A stretch of DNA of 64,000 nt from an uncultured bacterium. Lineage in GTDB: Bacteria > Acidobacteriota > Thermoanaerobaculia > Multivoradales > JAHZIX01. A program made the translations under genes and the position numbers. Positions 1-9,707 of the stretch are shown here, one piece after another (position 1 is the first letter of the stretch; each line of letters opens with the position of its first letter). Below the pieces are notes generated by a model that worked only from the letters and a program-made list of their open reading frames with translations, was not told where the DNA came from and made no database searches. The DNA is taken from contig CBDUPA010000010.1 in NCBI GenBank assembly GCA_965368975.1, positions 64,001 to 128,000 on the forward strand, read 5' to 3'.

Positions 1-1787
1 TCGGCTTCGTCAAAGCGCTGCAGGGCATAGCCGGCCACCGCCAGCGCGTGGTGCGCCTGAGCGGCCCCGGCATCGTCGTCGACGCGTCGCAGCAGGTCGA
101 GCGCGGCTTCGGCAGCCGCCAGTGCAGCAGCGGCGTCCTGCTCTGCGAGCAATGCCTGGCTCTCCTGTAGGCGCGCCAGCCCCCAGAAGGTCAAGGCCCC
201 CAACTCTTCCGCGCGGCGAGCCGCACGGCGGGCGGCCTGCAACCGGTCGCCCGAAGCGCCGCGCAGCGCCGCAACCTCGGCGGTCGCCAGTTCGATGCGT
301 GGATCACCGCGCACGGGCTCGGGCAAGGTACGCAAACGCGTCAAGACGGCCGCGGCGCTGCCGGCCCGGCCCGCTTCGACGTGCAACCGTAGCAGTGCCA
401 ATCCGGGCTCCGGTGCATCGGCGTCCAGTCGCCAGAGCTCCTCCTGCACCTGCACTGCCGGCGGCGAAGGCTCGGCGGCGCTGCCGCGAGCGCCCTGCAG
501 ACGGCGAAAGTGTGCTTCGGCGGGCCAACGAAGAGGCTCTGGAAGGTCGGCGGTCAATTGCCAGGCGCGCTGCGCCGCGTCGAGCGCGCGGTCACGGTAG
601 CCGAGTTCGGACAACACTGCCGACCAACGCAGTGTCGCAGCCGCACGGTCGGCCTCGTCGGTCGCGGACTGGCGCAGGAAGACCTCGGCTGAGCGCAGGT
701 CGAGCAGCAGCTGCCGGTCGAGCCCCTGGCTGTAGAGACGTAGCCCCGCCACCGTCCTCGGCCATAGGCCATCGACGGGCCAGACTGCGGGCCTCTCGAT
801 CAAGGGCAGGGCCGGCTCGCCGCCGTCCTGGCGCAGGCGCCGCTGTAGCTCGCCATAGAGTTCCCAGCTGCCTGCAGCCACTGTGGCCGCCAACTCGGTG
901 ATCGGCACCGCCTCGAACTCCGTGTCGGCCAGCAAGCTCCCATCGGTGGGGTCGAGCACGGCAAGCCGAAAGTCCACCGCCAGCGGCTGCGGTAGGCGAT
1001 AGGTCCCGAGCGCGATCAGGTTGGCCCCCAGACGGTGGGCGATCGGCACCAGCGGAGGTCGCGCCAGGTCGGTCAGCGCCAGATCTCGGCGCATGCGCGC
1101 GATCTCGGTTCCGGGAATCAGGCGCAGTGGTGGCAGAGCGTCGAGATCGTCACCAAACATGCCAGCCAGCGCCGCGGCCAACCAGTCGGCGTCCGAGTCG
1201 CCGGAACGATTCTCGAAGCCGACCAGCGCCAGGCTCGGCCGCCCCGCGACCACCGGCACGCGCGGCCGATAGGCGACGACGCCCGCGGCAACGTCGTCTC
1301 CGCTGCCTCCGGCGGAGCGCAACCCAAGCCCATCGAGCGCCCATCCCGGTAGCTGGAAGCCGAAGAGTCTTCCGTCCGGCGTGGCGAGCTGCAGACCGCT
1401 GTAGAGCAAGGCACCGAGGGTCAAGACCGCGGTCGCTAGCAGCAGCCAAGATTGCCGACGGCGGTGGCGGGGCCGGCGGCCACGACGGTCCGCCCCCGCA
1501 AGGCCGCCGCGCCGTGCAACCGTTCCTGGCTCGGGCGGTCGCACCAGCTGGCGCTGCGACGCGAGATCGACCGCGGGTGCCTCGACAGGCGGCGTGGCAG
1601 GCCTGGGAAAGCTAGCTCGGGGAACCGCCAGGTCCGGCTCCGGAGGAGCGTTCGGGACGGCCCGGAAGATCGCGTCGCAACCGGCGCAGCGCAGCCGCAC
1701 CGCCGCCGCGCCCGCACCTTCATCGGCAGACCGGTGAAAGTGCAGGTGGACGTGACAGTGAGGACAGCGAACTTCGAGCGCGTGCAC
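1..1787 (-). CDS. Zinc-ribbon / TM / TolB-like / TPR protein (C-terminus runs off the window; absent from the ORF track)
   Basis: Manual translation from GTG 1787 (RBS GAGGT, 8 nt after the amidase stop): VHALEVRCPHCHVHLHF...RLRCAGCDAIFR (two CxxC pairs), Pro-rich linker, TM helix, PSLALVGFENRSGDSDADWLAAAL, then TPR-like helices (AHHALAVAGYALQRFDEA). Both ends translate in the same frame. Confidence 0.75.
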   Translation of the reverse strand, partial: MHALEVRCPHCHVHLHFHRSADEGAGAAAVRLRCAGCDAIFRAVPNAPPEPDLAVPRASFPRPATPPVEAPAVDLASQRQLVRPPEPGTVARRGGLAGADRRGRRPRHRRRQSWLLLATAVLTLGALLYSGLQLATPDGRLFGFQLPGWALDGLGLRSAGGSGDDVAAGVVAYRPRVPVVAGRPSLALVGFENRSGDSDADWLAAALAGMFGDDLDALPPLRLIPGTEIARMRRDLALTDLARPPLVPIAHRLGANLIALGTYRLPQPLAVDFRLAVLDPTDGSLLADTEFEAVPITELAATVAAGSWELYGELQRRLRQDGGEPALPLIERPAVWPVDGLWPRTVAGLRLYSQGLDRQLLLDLRSAEVFLRQSATDEADRAAATLRWSAVLSELGYRDRALDAAQRAWQLTADLPEPLRWPAEAHFRRLQGARGSAAEPSPPAVQVQEELWRLDADAPEPGLALLRLHVEAGRAGSAAAVLTRLRTLPEPVRGDPRIELATAEVAALRGASGDRLQAARRAARRAEELGALTFWGLARLQESQALLAEQDAAAALAAAEAALDLLRRVDDDAGAAQAHHALAVAGYALQRFDEA

Positions 1788-1794
1788 GCTTACC

Positions 1795-3651
1795 TCATGC
1801 GTCAGACGGCGGCGGTGCCAGTGGCGGGGTCAGAGGCGGGCGTCGGCGATGGAAGTCGGTCACCTTCTGGTACGCCTGCGCCAAGGCCAGGACCGAGGTC
1901 TCGTCGAACAAGCGGCCCATGAAGGTGATCGAGGTCGGTGTGCCGTCGTCGCGGAAGCCGTTGGGCACCACGACGGCCGGGTGGCCGGTCAAGTTGGTCA
2001 TCAGCAGGTGGTCGCCACCGAAGCTGGGCACGATGTAGGCATCCAGGTCGCTCAGGCGCCTCTCCCATTCGCGCATCACAAGCGTCCTCACGCGGTTGGC
2101 GTTGAGGTACTCGACCGCCGGGATAGTGCGCGCCTGGCGAAAGAAATTGGGCCAGGCAAACTCCTCTTGCCGCACTAGCTGGTCGTCCAGGCCTTCGCGC
2201 GTGAAGGCATCGAAGGCGGCGGCCGCTTCGGCACTCAAGATGATGCCGAGGGCGTCCAGCGGCAGCTCGTCGGGCAGCTCCAAGGGCTGTAGCTCGACGC
2301 CCAGCCCGCGCAGCACTTCCAGCGTCTCGAGATCGTGGCGCATCCAGACCGCGTCGTCCTCCTCGCCCGGTTCGCGCTCGAACAACGCTGGCAGGTAGCC
2401 GACGCGCAGCTGCTCCAGAGGGCGCGGCGGCGGCCAGTCAAATGGACGGTCGACCACCATCGGGTCGCCATCATCGACGTTGGTACCGTGCAACTGGGCG
2501 AAGACCAGCGCACAGTCGTCGACGCTACGGCAGATCGGCCCCAGCTTGTCCATCGACCAGGAGAGGGTCATGGCCCCGTCGCGGCTGACACGGCCGAAGC
2601 TCGGGCGCAGGCCGCTGGCGCCACAGCGCGTCGACGGCGAGACGATCGAGCCCCAGGTCTCACTCCCCAGGCTGAAGCCGACCAGGCCGGCTGCGGTCGC
2701 CGAGGCCGACCCCGCCGACGAGCCCGACGAACCTTGCTCGAGATTCCACGGGTTGCGCGTCTTGCCCCCAAACCAGACGTCGCCCCAGGCCAGGGCACCG
2801 AGCGTCAGCTTGCCAAGCAAGACAGCGCCCGCCGCATCCATGCGCCGCACCGCCATGGCGTCGTGCTCGATGCGCTGCTCGCGGTAGGGCTGGGCACCCC
2901 ACGTGGTCGGGTAACCGGCGACCGAGAGCAGGTCCTTGGCGCCCCAGGGAATGCCGTGCAACGGACCGCGCCAGCGGCCGGCGCGGATCTCGGCATCGGC
3001 CGCGCGTGCCTGCTCGAGTGCACGCTCCGGCATCAGTGTCACGACGCAGTGCAGCAGTGGGTCGAACCGCTCCAGCCGTCGCAGGTACAGCTCGGTCAGC
3101 TCAACCGATGTCACCTGCTGCCGGCGGACCAGCGACGCCAGCTCGCGCACGTTGAGGAAGGCCAGCTCGTCGTCGCTCTCCGGACGCTCGACACCGTCGT
3201 CCTTGGGCAAGCTGGCGGCCTTGCTCGGCCCAGGGGCCCCGAGCGCACCCGGCGCCGGCAGTCCATCCGCCATCGACGGCACCGACGTCCAGGGCCGGAA
3301 ATGCAGAGCCGGCGGCACCGAGTTCGAAAGCTTCACCGCCCGCAGCTTCTGGTAGGACTCGTACTGCTGCCGGACACCGTTCATCATCATCTCCAGCTCA
3401 CTGTCCGTGAACTCGAGACCGGCAACCCGCGCCGCCACCCGCACCTGTTCCTCCGTCACCTGAGCCGCCGCCTCTTCGACCTGCGCCCACAACACCTCGC
3501 CGAACAGCGGCGACGCTAGCCCCAGGGCACTCAGCCCAGCGAGGAAACGACGGCGGTCGACGCTGGCGGCTTGCTGGCGCTCGTCGCCCTTGTCAGGGGT
3601 CGGGGTCTCGGGCAGCGGGGTGTCGGCGTCAAAACGGGAACTACGGCTCAT
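1795..3651 (-). CDS. Amidase-signature family protein, probably Tat-exported
   Basis: GPLHGIPWGAKD, GSSGSSAGSA and GSETWGSI (Ser-cisSer-Lys triad motifs); DRRRFLAGL twin-arginine-like motif; start moved to ATG 3651 with a GGAGA RBS. Confidence 0.9.
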   Translation of the reverse strand: MSRSSRFDADTPLPETPTPDKGDERQQAASVDRRRFLAGLSALGLASPLFGEVLWAQVEEAAAQVTEEQVRVAARVAGLEFTDSELEMMMNGVRQQYESYQKLRAVKLSNSVPPALHFRPWTSVPSMADGLPAPGALGAPGPSKAASLPKDDGVERPESDDELAFLNVRELASLVRRQQVTSVELTELYLRRLERFDPLLHCVVTLMPERALEQARAADAEIRAGRWRGPLHGIPWGAKDLLSVAGYPTTWGAQPYREQRIEHDAMAVRRMDAAGAVLLGKLTLGALAWGDVWFGGKTRNPWNLEQGSSGSSAGSASATAAGLVGFSLGSETWGSIVSPSTRCGASGLRPSFGRVSRDGAMTLSWSMDKLGPICRSVDDCALVFAQLHGTNVDDGDPMVVDRPFDWPPPRPLEQLRVGYLPALFEREPGEEDDAVWMRHDLETLEVLRGLGVELQPLELPDELPLDALGIILSAEAAAAFDAFTREGLDDQLVRQEEFAWPNFFRQARTIPAVEYLNANRVRTLVMREWERRLSDLDAYIVPSFGGDHLLMTNLTGHPAVVVPNGFRDDGTPTSITFMGRLFDETSVLALAQAYQKVTDFHRRRPPLTPPLAPPPSDA

Positions 3652-3910
3652 GGTATCTCCTTGAAGAACGGTCTCCCAAAGCCCAAGGCATCGGAGGTCG
3701 AAGCGACGCGTCCTATTGTATGTCTCCTGACCTCCATGGCGGCTCTGAAACATTTTCCCACCCTCGTGCGTCCTAGGGACTGAAGGCGCACGACACAGCC
3801 GGCACCCACACTCGCGCCGCTGGCCGCCGCCCTCCCGAACAAAGCAACAAGCACAACACAACGGCCCCGAGCTGGACAGGTGGTCCGAGCCGGGCACGAG
3901 GAGAGATCCC

Positions 3911-4531
3911 ATGTTCGAGAACCACGCACATATCCGTCAGAACAACCGTCGTTCCACCAACTTCTTTGCTATCACCTTCCTGGCACTCCTCGTTGTTGTC
4001 GCCAGCGCTCTGCCGGCCGCGGCAACCGACGACCTGTGGCTGCACGTAACCATCCGGGAAGCCGAAGAGGGCAACGTCACAGTCAACCTCCCCCTGAGCT
4101 TCGTCGAGGCCGCTATACCGCTGATCCCCGAGGAAGAGTTCCAGGACGGCAAGATCGTCATCGAAGACGCCGAGTTCTCGGCCGAGGACCTGCGCGGCCT
4201 TCTCGACGCGGTGCGCGACAGCCCGGACATGACCTTCGTCACTGTGCAGGCCGACGACGGCGATGTCCAGGTCTCGAAGTCGGGTGCCTATCTGCTGGTG
4301 CGGGCCTCGGAGCCGGGTAGCGGTGAAGACGCCGCGCCGACCGATGTCGACGTCAAAGTGCCGCTACGCGTCGTCGAGGCCCTGCTCGAAGGCACCGCCG
4401 ACAACGAGATCAACCTGCTCGCCGGACTGCGCGCGCTGGCCGACGAGGGCGAGGGAGAGCTGGCGACCATCACCGAGGGACAGTCCAAGATCCGCGTGTG
4501 GGTCGACCGCAACCCCGAGATCGCCCGCTGA
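3911..4531 (+). CDS. Secreted hypothetical protein
   Basis: GAGGAG RBS, signal peptide (LALLVVVASALPAAA), acidic mature part, internal repeat V-x-L/V-P-L-x-x-V-E-A. Confidence 0.75.
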   Translation: MFENHAHIRQNNRRSTNFFAITFLALLVVVASALPAAATDDLWLHVTIREAEEGNVTVNLPLSFVEAAIPLIPEEEFQDGKIVIEDAEFSAEDLRGLLDAVRDSPDMTFVTVQADDGDVQVSKSGAYLLVRASEPGSGEDAAPTDVDVKVPLRVVEALLEGTADNEINLLAGLRALADEGEGELATITEGQSKIRVWVDRNPEIAR

Positions 4532-4665
4532 GTCCAACTTCGACCGTCACCACGATGGGGCTGCCGGCAAGAGCCGCGCAGCTCCATCGCGTTTTGGAGT
4601 CGAGCTGATGGAACATCGCGCGCCGCGGCGTCGTAAGCCTTAGTGAACCAACGGAGGACCGAACG

Positions 4666-5124
4666 ATGAGAAAAGTCTTGAGAGTCATTTTGATCATGGT
4701 CGGCGTTTTCGCCTTCCTTCTGGTCGGCACCGGCGTGGCGCTGGCGGCGACCGTGCTGCACTCCGGCCTGGTCGTGGTGAAGGTCCACGACAAGGGCCCC
4801 GACGGAGTCCACTTCACGATTCCGGTTCCCGCCAGCCTGCTACAAGCCGGCATGTCGATCGCCGTCCAGAATACGGACGAAGCCGAAATGCAGCGCGTGC
4901 GTGCACAGCTCGCCCCCTGGCGACCCGCCCTCTCCGAATCGCTGGACCAGTTGCGCGACGTCGACGACTTCACCATGGTAAACGTCGATGGCCCCGACGA
5001 GCACGTGAGCATCCGCAAGCACGGCAACGCCTGGATTGTCGACGTGCGCAGCTCAGAAGCCGACGTCTACATCTCGATGCCGCTCGGCCTGCTGGAGTCG
5101 GCACTCGAAGCTTTCGGCGGCTGA
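4666..5124 (+). CDS. Membrane-anchored or secreted hypothetical protein, related to the upstream gene
   Basis: GGAGG RBS, N-terminal hydrophobic helix, motifs IPVPASLL and ISMPLGLLESAL resembling the upstream protein. Confidence 0.75.
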   Translation: MRKVLRVILIMVGVFAFLLVGTGVALAATVLHSGLVVVKVHDKGPDGVHFTIPVPASLLQAGMSIAVQNTDEAEMQRVRAQLAPWRPALSESLDQLRDVDDFTMVNVDGPDEHVSIRKHGNAWIVDVRSSEADVYISMPLGLLESALEAFGG

Positions 5125-5143
5125 ACGTCACCGAAGACGGCGC

Positions 5144-6412
5144 TCACTCGTCGATCATCGCCGCAATCTGGCGCCCGATCGCGATCGAAGCGGTGGCTCC
5201 GGGCGAAGGTGCGTTGAGCACGTGCACCATGCGCTGGGCGCGCACGATGTGGAAGTCGTCCAGCAGCCTGCCCTGGGAATCCAGCGCCTGCGCCCGGACT
5301 CCGGCACCCCCAGGCTCGACGTCGTCGTCTTCGAGTTCCGGAATCAGCCGGCGCAGCGCGCGCACGAAGGCCGCACGGCTGAGCGAGCGGTACACCTCGC
5401 CGCAGCCGATCACCGCGTGACGCGCGGCCAGGCGCCAGAAGCCGAAGTAGCTCAACGTTTCGAGGCTATCGCGCAGATTGACCTGACCCCAGCTGTAGCC
5501 ATCGCGCGCCAATGCCAGCACCGCGTTCGGCCCCGCCTCTACCTGTCCATCGAAAACGGTGCGCGTGAAGTGCACACCGAGGAACGGGAAGCGCGGGTCG
5601 GGAACCGGGTAGATCAGATTCTTGACCAGGTGGCGGCGGTCCGGACGCAGGTCATAGTACTCGCCGCGGAAGGGCACGATGCGGGCCCCCGGATCGACAC
5701 CGGCGAGACGCGCCAGGCGATCACTCCAGGCACCGGCACAGTTGATCAACAAGCCGCAGCGCACGGCACCGCGCGAGGTTTCGAGCACGAGATCACCGCC
5801 ACCAGGCTGCTCGCCCTGAGCTGACTCGCCGCCCGCGGCGTCGCGCCTTATCTTGGTGACCCGCCAACCGGTGCGCACCTCACCTTCGCCCTCCTCGATC
5901 CGACGAGCATAGGTGCGGGCGACCTCGGGATAGTCGACGATTCCGGTGTCTGGCACATACAGACCGTCCATGCCCGCCACATGCGGCTCGTATTGCTGCA
6001 ACTCGGCAGCGGACAGTCGGCGCAGGCCCACCAGACCGTTGGCTCGACCGCGGCGCTCCAATTCGTCGAGACGCGGCACTTCTTCTTCGGACAAGGCCAC
6101 GACCAGCTTGCCACAGCGTTCGTGACGGATCTCGTGCTCGGCACAGAACCGGTAGAGGTCTTCACGCCCTTCGGTACACGTCTGCGCCTTGAGCGATCCC
6201 GGCTCGTAGTACAGGCCTGAGTGGATGACACCACTGTTGTTGCCGCTCTGGTGGGCCGCCAGCCGATCTTCCCCTTCGAGCAAGACCAAGCGCCGCCGCG
6301 CTCCACCCTGCCCGGACCGCGTCCCCCACGGAGGCGGCGCTGCTAGCGCCATGGCCGTCGCCAGCCCCACGAGGCCCCCCCCAACGACTGCGATGTCGAA
6401 CCGCTCACTCAT
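5144..6412 (-). CDS. lhgO: L-2-hydroxyglutarate oxidase (FAD-dependent)
   Basis: VVGGGLVG FAD motif, HQSGNNSGVIHSGLYY, FRGEYY, YPVPDPRFPFLGVHFT, NAPSPGATAS; start taken at MSERFD. Confidence 0.9.
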   Translation of the reverse strand: MSERFDIAVVGGGLVGLATAMALAAPPPWGTRSGQGGARRRLVLLEGEDRLAAHQSGNNSGVIHSGLYYEPGSLKAQTCTEGREDLYRFCAEHEIRHERCGKLVVALSEEEVPRLDELERRGRANGLVGLRRLSAAELQQYEPHVAGMDGLYVPDTGIVDYPEVARTYARRIEEGEGEVRTGWRVTKIRRDAAGGESAQGEQPGGGDLVLETSRGAVRCGLLINCAGAWSDRLARLAGVDPGARIVPFRGEYYDLRPDRRHLVKNLIYPVPDPRFPFLGVHFTRTVFDGQVEAGPNAVLALARDGYSWGQVNLRDSLETLSYFGFWRLAARHAVIGCGEVYRSLSRAAFVRALRRLIPELEDDDVEPGGAGVRAQALDSQGRLLDDFHIVRAQRMVHVLNAPSPGATASIAIGRQIAAMIDE

Positions 6413-6460
6413 GACAACACGCTCTCTTTCCTTCGCGAATCCAAGCACTCGCCTGCAGGT

Positions 6461-8914
6461 TCACTCGTCGCGCAGCGCCACCACCGGGTCCACCCGCGTA
6501 GCCCGGCGCGCCGGAATCCAGAGCGCACACAGCGCCGAGGCGACCAGCACCAGCAGCGCGATTACCAGCAGCGCCGGCTCGAACGGCGCCACCTGATAGA
6601 GCTGCACCTGCATCGCACGGCTGAGCCAGAAGGCCATCGGCAGGCCGAGCAGCAAGCCTGTCAGCACCCAGCGTAATCCCTGCCCGAGCACCAGGCCGTG
6701 GACGCGACCATGATCGGCTCCAAGGGCCATGCGCAGACCGATCTCGCGCCGCCGCTGACGCACCAGGTAAGCCAACACGCCATAGACACCGAGCACGGAA
6801 ACAATCAGCGCGACCCCGGCGAACAGCGCCATCACGGCACCCAGGAAGCGATCGTCTTCGGCCTGCGCGGCGATGCGCGCGCGCATGGTCGAGAGGTTGT
6901 AGCTGGGTACGTCGGGATCGAGACGACGCACCGTCTCCTGCACTGCCCGCCGCTGCGCCCGTGGGTCCTCCGCGCGCACCATGAGCGTCGGGCTGGCGGG
7001 CGGAGACTGGTACAGCGGTACGTAGATGTCGAGCCCGGGCCCCGATTGCAGGACGTCCTTGAGCTGGCGCGCCATCACCGTCTCGACGACGCCGACCACC
7101 GTCATCCAGCGCGGCTCGTCCGTCTCCAGCTGCCCAAAGCGCAAGCGCTTGCCGATCACGTCCCCGTCGTTCGGCCAGGCGCGCGCAGCCATGTCGCGGC
7201 TGACGATCGCGACAGACGGCGCATCGAGATCGTCGGAGGGCAAGAAACCACGGCCGCGCAGCACGTCGATGCCGAGCGTGCGGAAATAGGCCGGTGTCAC
7301 CCGCTGGTAATAGGTCCGGACCGGTCTCGGGTCCGGCATCGCCAGGTGGTCCTCGATCACCAGGGAGTTCGCCGACCGCGCATCCGGCGGCGCCAGGCCA
7401 CCGATCCAGGCCGCCGAGTCGACACCCGGCAAGCCCGCGACCTCCGCCTCGAGCTGCCGCAGGTAGGCGAGCAGTTGCTCCCGCTCCTGGTAGCGCGGAT
7501 GCGTCAGGTCGACGTTCAGCGACAACAGCCGGTCGGCGTCGTACCCCGGATCACCGTTCTGCAAATTCTGGAAGCTGCGCACCATCAGACCGGCACCGTA
7601 GAGCAGCGCCAGGGCAAGAGCCAACTCGACCACCACGATGGTCACCAGTGGTCGTGCCCCCGCTCCGACCAGTCGTCCCTCGCCGGACCGCAAGACGTGC
7701 TGCACGTTGCGCAAGGCCGGTAGACGCAGCAACGGCGTCAAACCACAAGCCAGGCCAGCCAGCAGGCCGAGCAGCAAGCAGCCCACGACTACCGGCACAT
7801 CAGCGAAGTCGAGATCGAAGGTACGCGGCGGGATGTCGCTGAGGCCGATCAGCCATTTGCTGGCCAGCAGGCCAGTGAGGAGCCCAACGAAGCTGCCGAT
7901 CAGGCCCAGCATCATTCCTTCGAGCAGCCAGAGCCGAGCCAGCGACCCGGCACCACCTCCCAGGGCCAGGCGCATCGCCATCTCGCGATCCCGACCGGCC
8001 GCTCGAGTGAGTAGCAGTCCAGCAACGTTGACGGCACACAGCAGCAACAATAGGACCGCGGCCAGTAGGCCGACGTGCAGCCGATCGACGATGTGCTGAA
8101 AGAACGCCGTCTGGAGCGTCAGCATCCAGACGCGGAAACCATCATTGGTGTCGGGATAACGCTCGTCGAGCGCGACGGTCACACGCTCCATATCTGCCCG
8201 AGCCTCGCTGTCCGTCACGCCCGGCTTCAGCCTCGCAAGGGTCTGCAGCCGGCGCACGAAGCGCAGTTGCAGATTGTCTCGAATGATCGCCGAGTAGGCG
8301 GAGATCGGCACCCACAAGTGCACCGGGTCCCACCACATGCCGCGAAACGACGCCTCGACGACGCCAACAATAGTGAATGACTGGTTGTTGAGACTGATGA
8401 CTCGGCCCACGATGTCCGGATCACCGCCGAAACGTTGCTGCCAGAGTTCGTGGCTGATCATCACCACCGGAACACTGGCCAACATCTGGTCTTCGGCCTC
8501 TTCGAACGTCCTCCCGACCGCGGTTTCAATGCCCAGCAGAGGAAAGAGGTTCCAGCTCACCAGCTCGCAGTTCAGATGCTCGGCTCGATCGCCACCGGTC
8601 AGAACCACCGAGTACAGCATCGAGCTGACGGCCATGTCTTCGAAGACCCGATTCTCGCGTCGCCAATCCTCGAAGTCCGGGTACGACACCGCACTGCGAT
8701 GGGTGCCCAACTCCGGCTGCGCGGAGACGACATAGCGAAGCCGCTCTGCGTCCTGATAGGGCAAGGGCCGCAGCAGCGTCGCGTAGTAGACGCTGAAGAC
8801 CATCACGACGGCACCCAGGCCCAAGCCCAAGATCAACAGCACCGGCACCAATACCCCCGGCTGCCGAAGCATGCCACGCACCACTACACCGAGCTGTTGC
8901 CAAAGATTCCTCAC
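6461..8914 (-). CDS. Duplicated MacB/FtsX-type ABC permease (ADOP-like, orphan)
   Basis: LLRPLPY..AERL, two MacB periplasmic plus FtsX halves, REMAMRLALG and RRREIGLRMALGA, C-terminal PARRATRVDPVVALRDE; GTG start with AGGAG RBS. Confidence 0.9.
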   Translation of the reverse strand: MRNLWQQLGVVVRGMLRQPGVLVPVLLILGLGLGAVVMVFSVYYATLLRPLPYQDAERLRYVVSAQPELGTHRSAVSYPDFEDWRRENRVFEDMAVSSMLYSVVLTGGDRAEHLNCELVSWNLFPLLGIETAVGRTFEEAEDQMLASVPVVMISHELWQQRFGGDPDIVGRVISLNNQSFTIVGVVEASFRGMWWDPVHLWVPISAYSAIIRDNLQLRFVRRLQTLARLKPGVTDSEARADMERVTVALDERYPDTNDGFRVWMLTLQTAFFQHIVDRLHVGLLAAVLLLLLCAVNVAGLLLTRAAGRDREMAMRLALGGGAGSLARLWLLEGMMLGLIGSFVGLLTGLLASKWLIGLSDIPPRTFDLDFADVPVVVGCLLLGLLAGLACGLTPLLRLPALRNVQHVLRSGEGRLVGAGARPLVTIVVVELALALALLYGAGLMVRSFQNLQNGDPGYDADRLLSLNVDLTHPRYQEREQLLAYLRQLEAEVAGLPGVDSAAWIGGLAPPDARSANSLVIEDHLAMPDPRPVRTYYQRVTPAYFRTLGIDVLRGRGFLPSDDLDAPSVAIVSRDMAARAWPNDGDVIGKRLRFGQLETDEPRWMTVVGVVETVMARQLKDVLQSGPGLDIYVPLYQSPPASPTLMVRAEDPRAQRRAVQETVRRLDPDVPSYNLSTMRARIAAQAEDDRFLGAVMALFAGVALIVSVLGVYGVLAYLVRQRRREIGLRMALGADHGRVHGLVLGQGLRWVLTGLLLGLPMAFWLSRAMQVQLYQVAPFEPALLVIALLVLVASALCALWIPARRATRVDPVVALRDE

Positions 8915-9182
8915 GCACACTCCTACTGCAGGTCTATAGGTGACCGATTCTAAAAGTGGCCCCCTGGAATTGCAATGAGGCACTCGCACTCGTTGGCACT
9001 CACGACCTGAGTACCGACCAGGGCAACACCGGGATGCCGGGCAGAAGCAATGGAGCATACGAATGCTCACGCAGATGAAGCGAAATTAATGCGCAATGAC
9101 GAATAGGAAAGACAAAGAAAAATGCACCCGCTCAGGGTGCATCGAAAAGAGAGAACGCGCCGCGCCGTGGGGGCGTGGCGAT

Positions 9183-9707
9183 TCAGTCCAAGGAAAGAAC
9201 CGAAGGCCGCTCGGCGGTCCCTTCCAAACTGCCCTCGGTCACCAATTGGTCAGCACGCGCCACGATGCGCGCCAGATCGTCAGAGGTCAACTCTGCCTCG
9301 GGGAAGTCCTCGGGCCGCAAGACACGCCGCGCTTCGGTCGCGGTTGCAGGCACCGACGCCACTTCTGGCTCGACCGGCTCGGCAAGCTGCGCCAGAGCCG
9401 CGATCGTCGGGTGCTCGAAGAGCTGACGCGAGGTCAGCGCCAAGCCCTGCTGGTGCGCCTTGGCCACGATCCGCACGCTCAGGATCGAGTCCCCACCGAG
9501 GTCGAAGAAGTTATCGTGAATCCCCACGCGCTCTGCCCCGAGCACGTCCTGCCAGATAGCCGCCAAGCGTGCCTCTTCTGGCGTCCTCGGTTCCGCTGAC
9601 TCAACCTCCAACCACGAGAGATCCATGCTCTCGTCCTGCAAGCACAAGGCCAGCAGCTTGCGCTTGGCTGGCGAGAGGCCGTCGATGCGATGCAGGAGTC
9701 CGTCCAT
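9183..9707 (-). CDS. Stand-alone peptidyl carrier protein with NRPS docking/COM-like termini
   Basis: PRTPEEARLAAIWQDVLG..VGIHDNFFDLGGDSI (phosphopantetheine Ser), LFEHPTIAALA; N-terminal LSPAKRKLL; C-terminal PEDFPEAELTSDDL; AAAGGTGA RBS. Confidence 0.85.
   Translation of the reverse strand: MDGLLHRIDGLSPAKRKLLALCLQDESMDLSWLEVESAEPRTPEEARLAAIWQDVLGAERVGIHDNFFDLGGDSILSVRIVAKAHQQGLALTSRQLFEHPTIAALAQLAEPVEPEVASVPATATEARRVLRPEDFPEAELTSDDLARIVARADQLVTEGSLEGTAERPSVLSLD

Noticed and set aside
1795-3912. GatA call and the long N-terminal extension
   Set aside because: No gatB/gatC nearby; the Tat-like leader and RBS support a start at 3651
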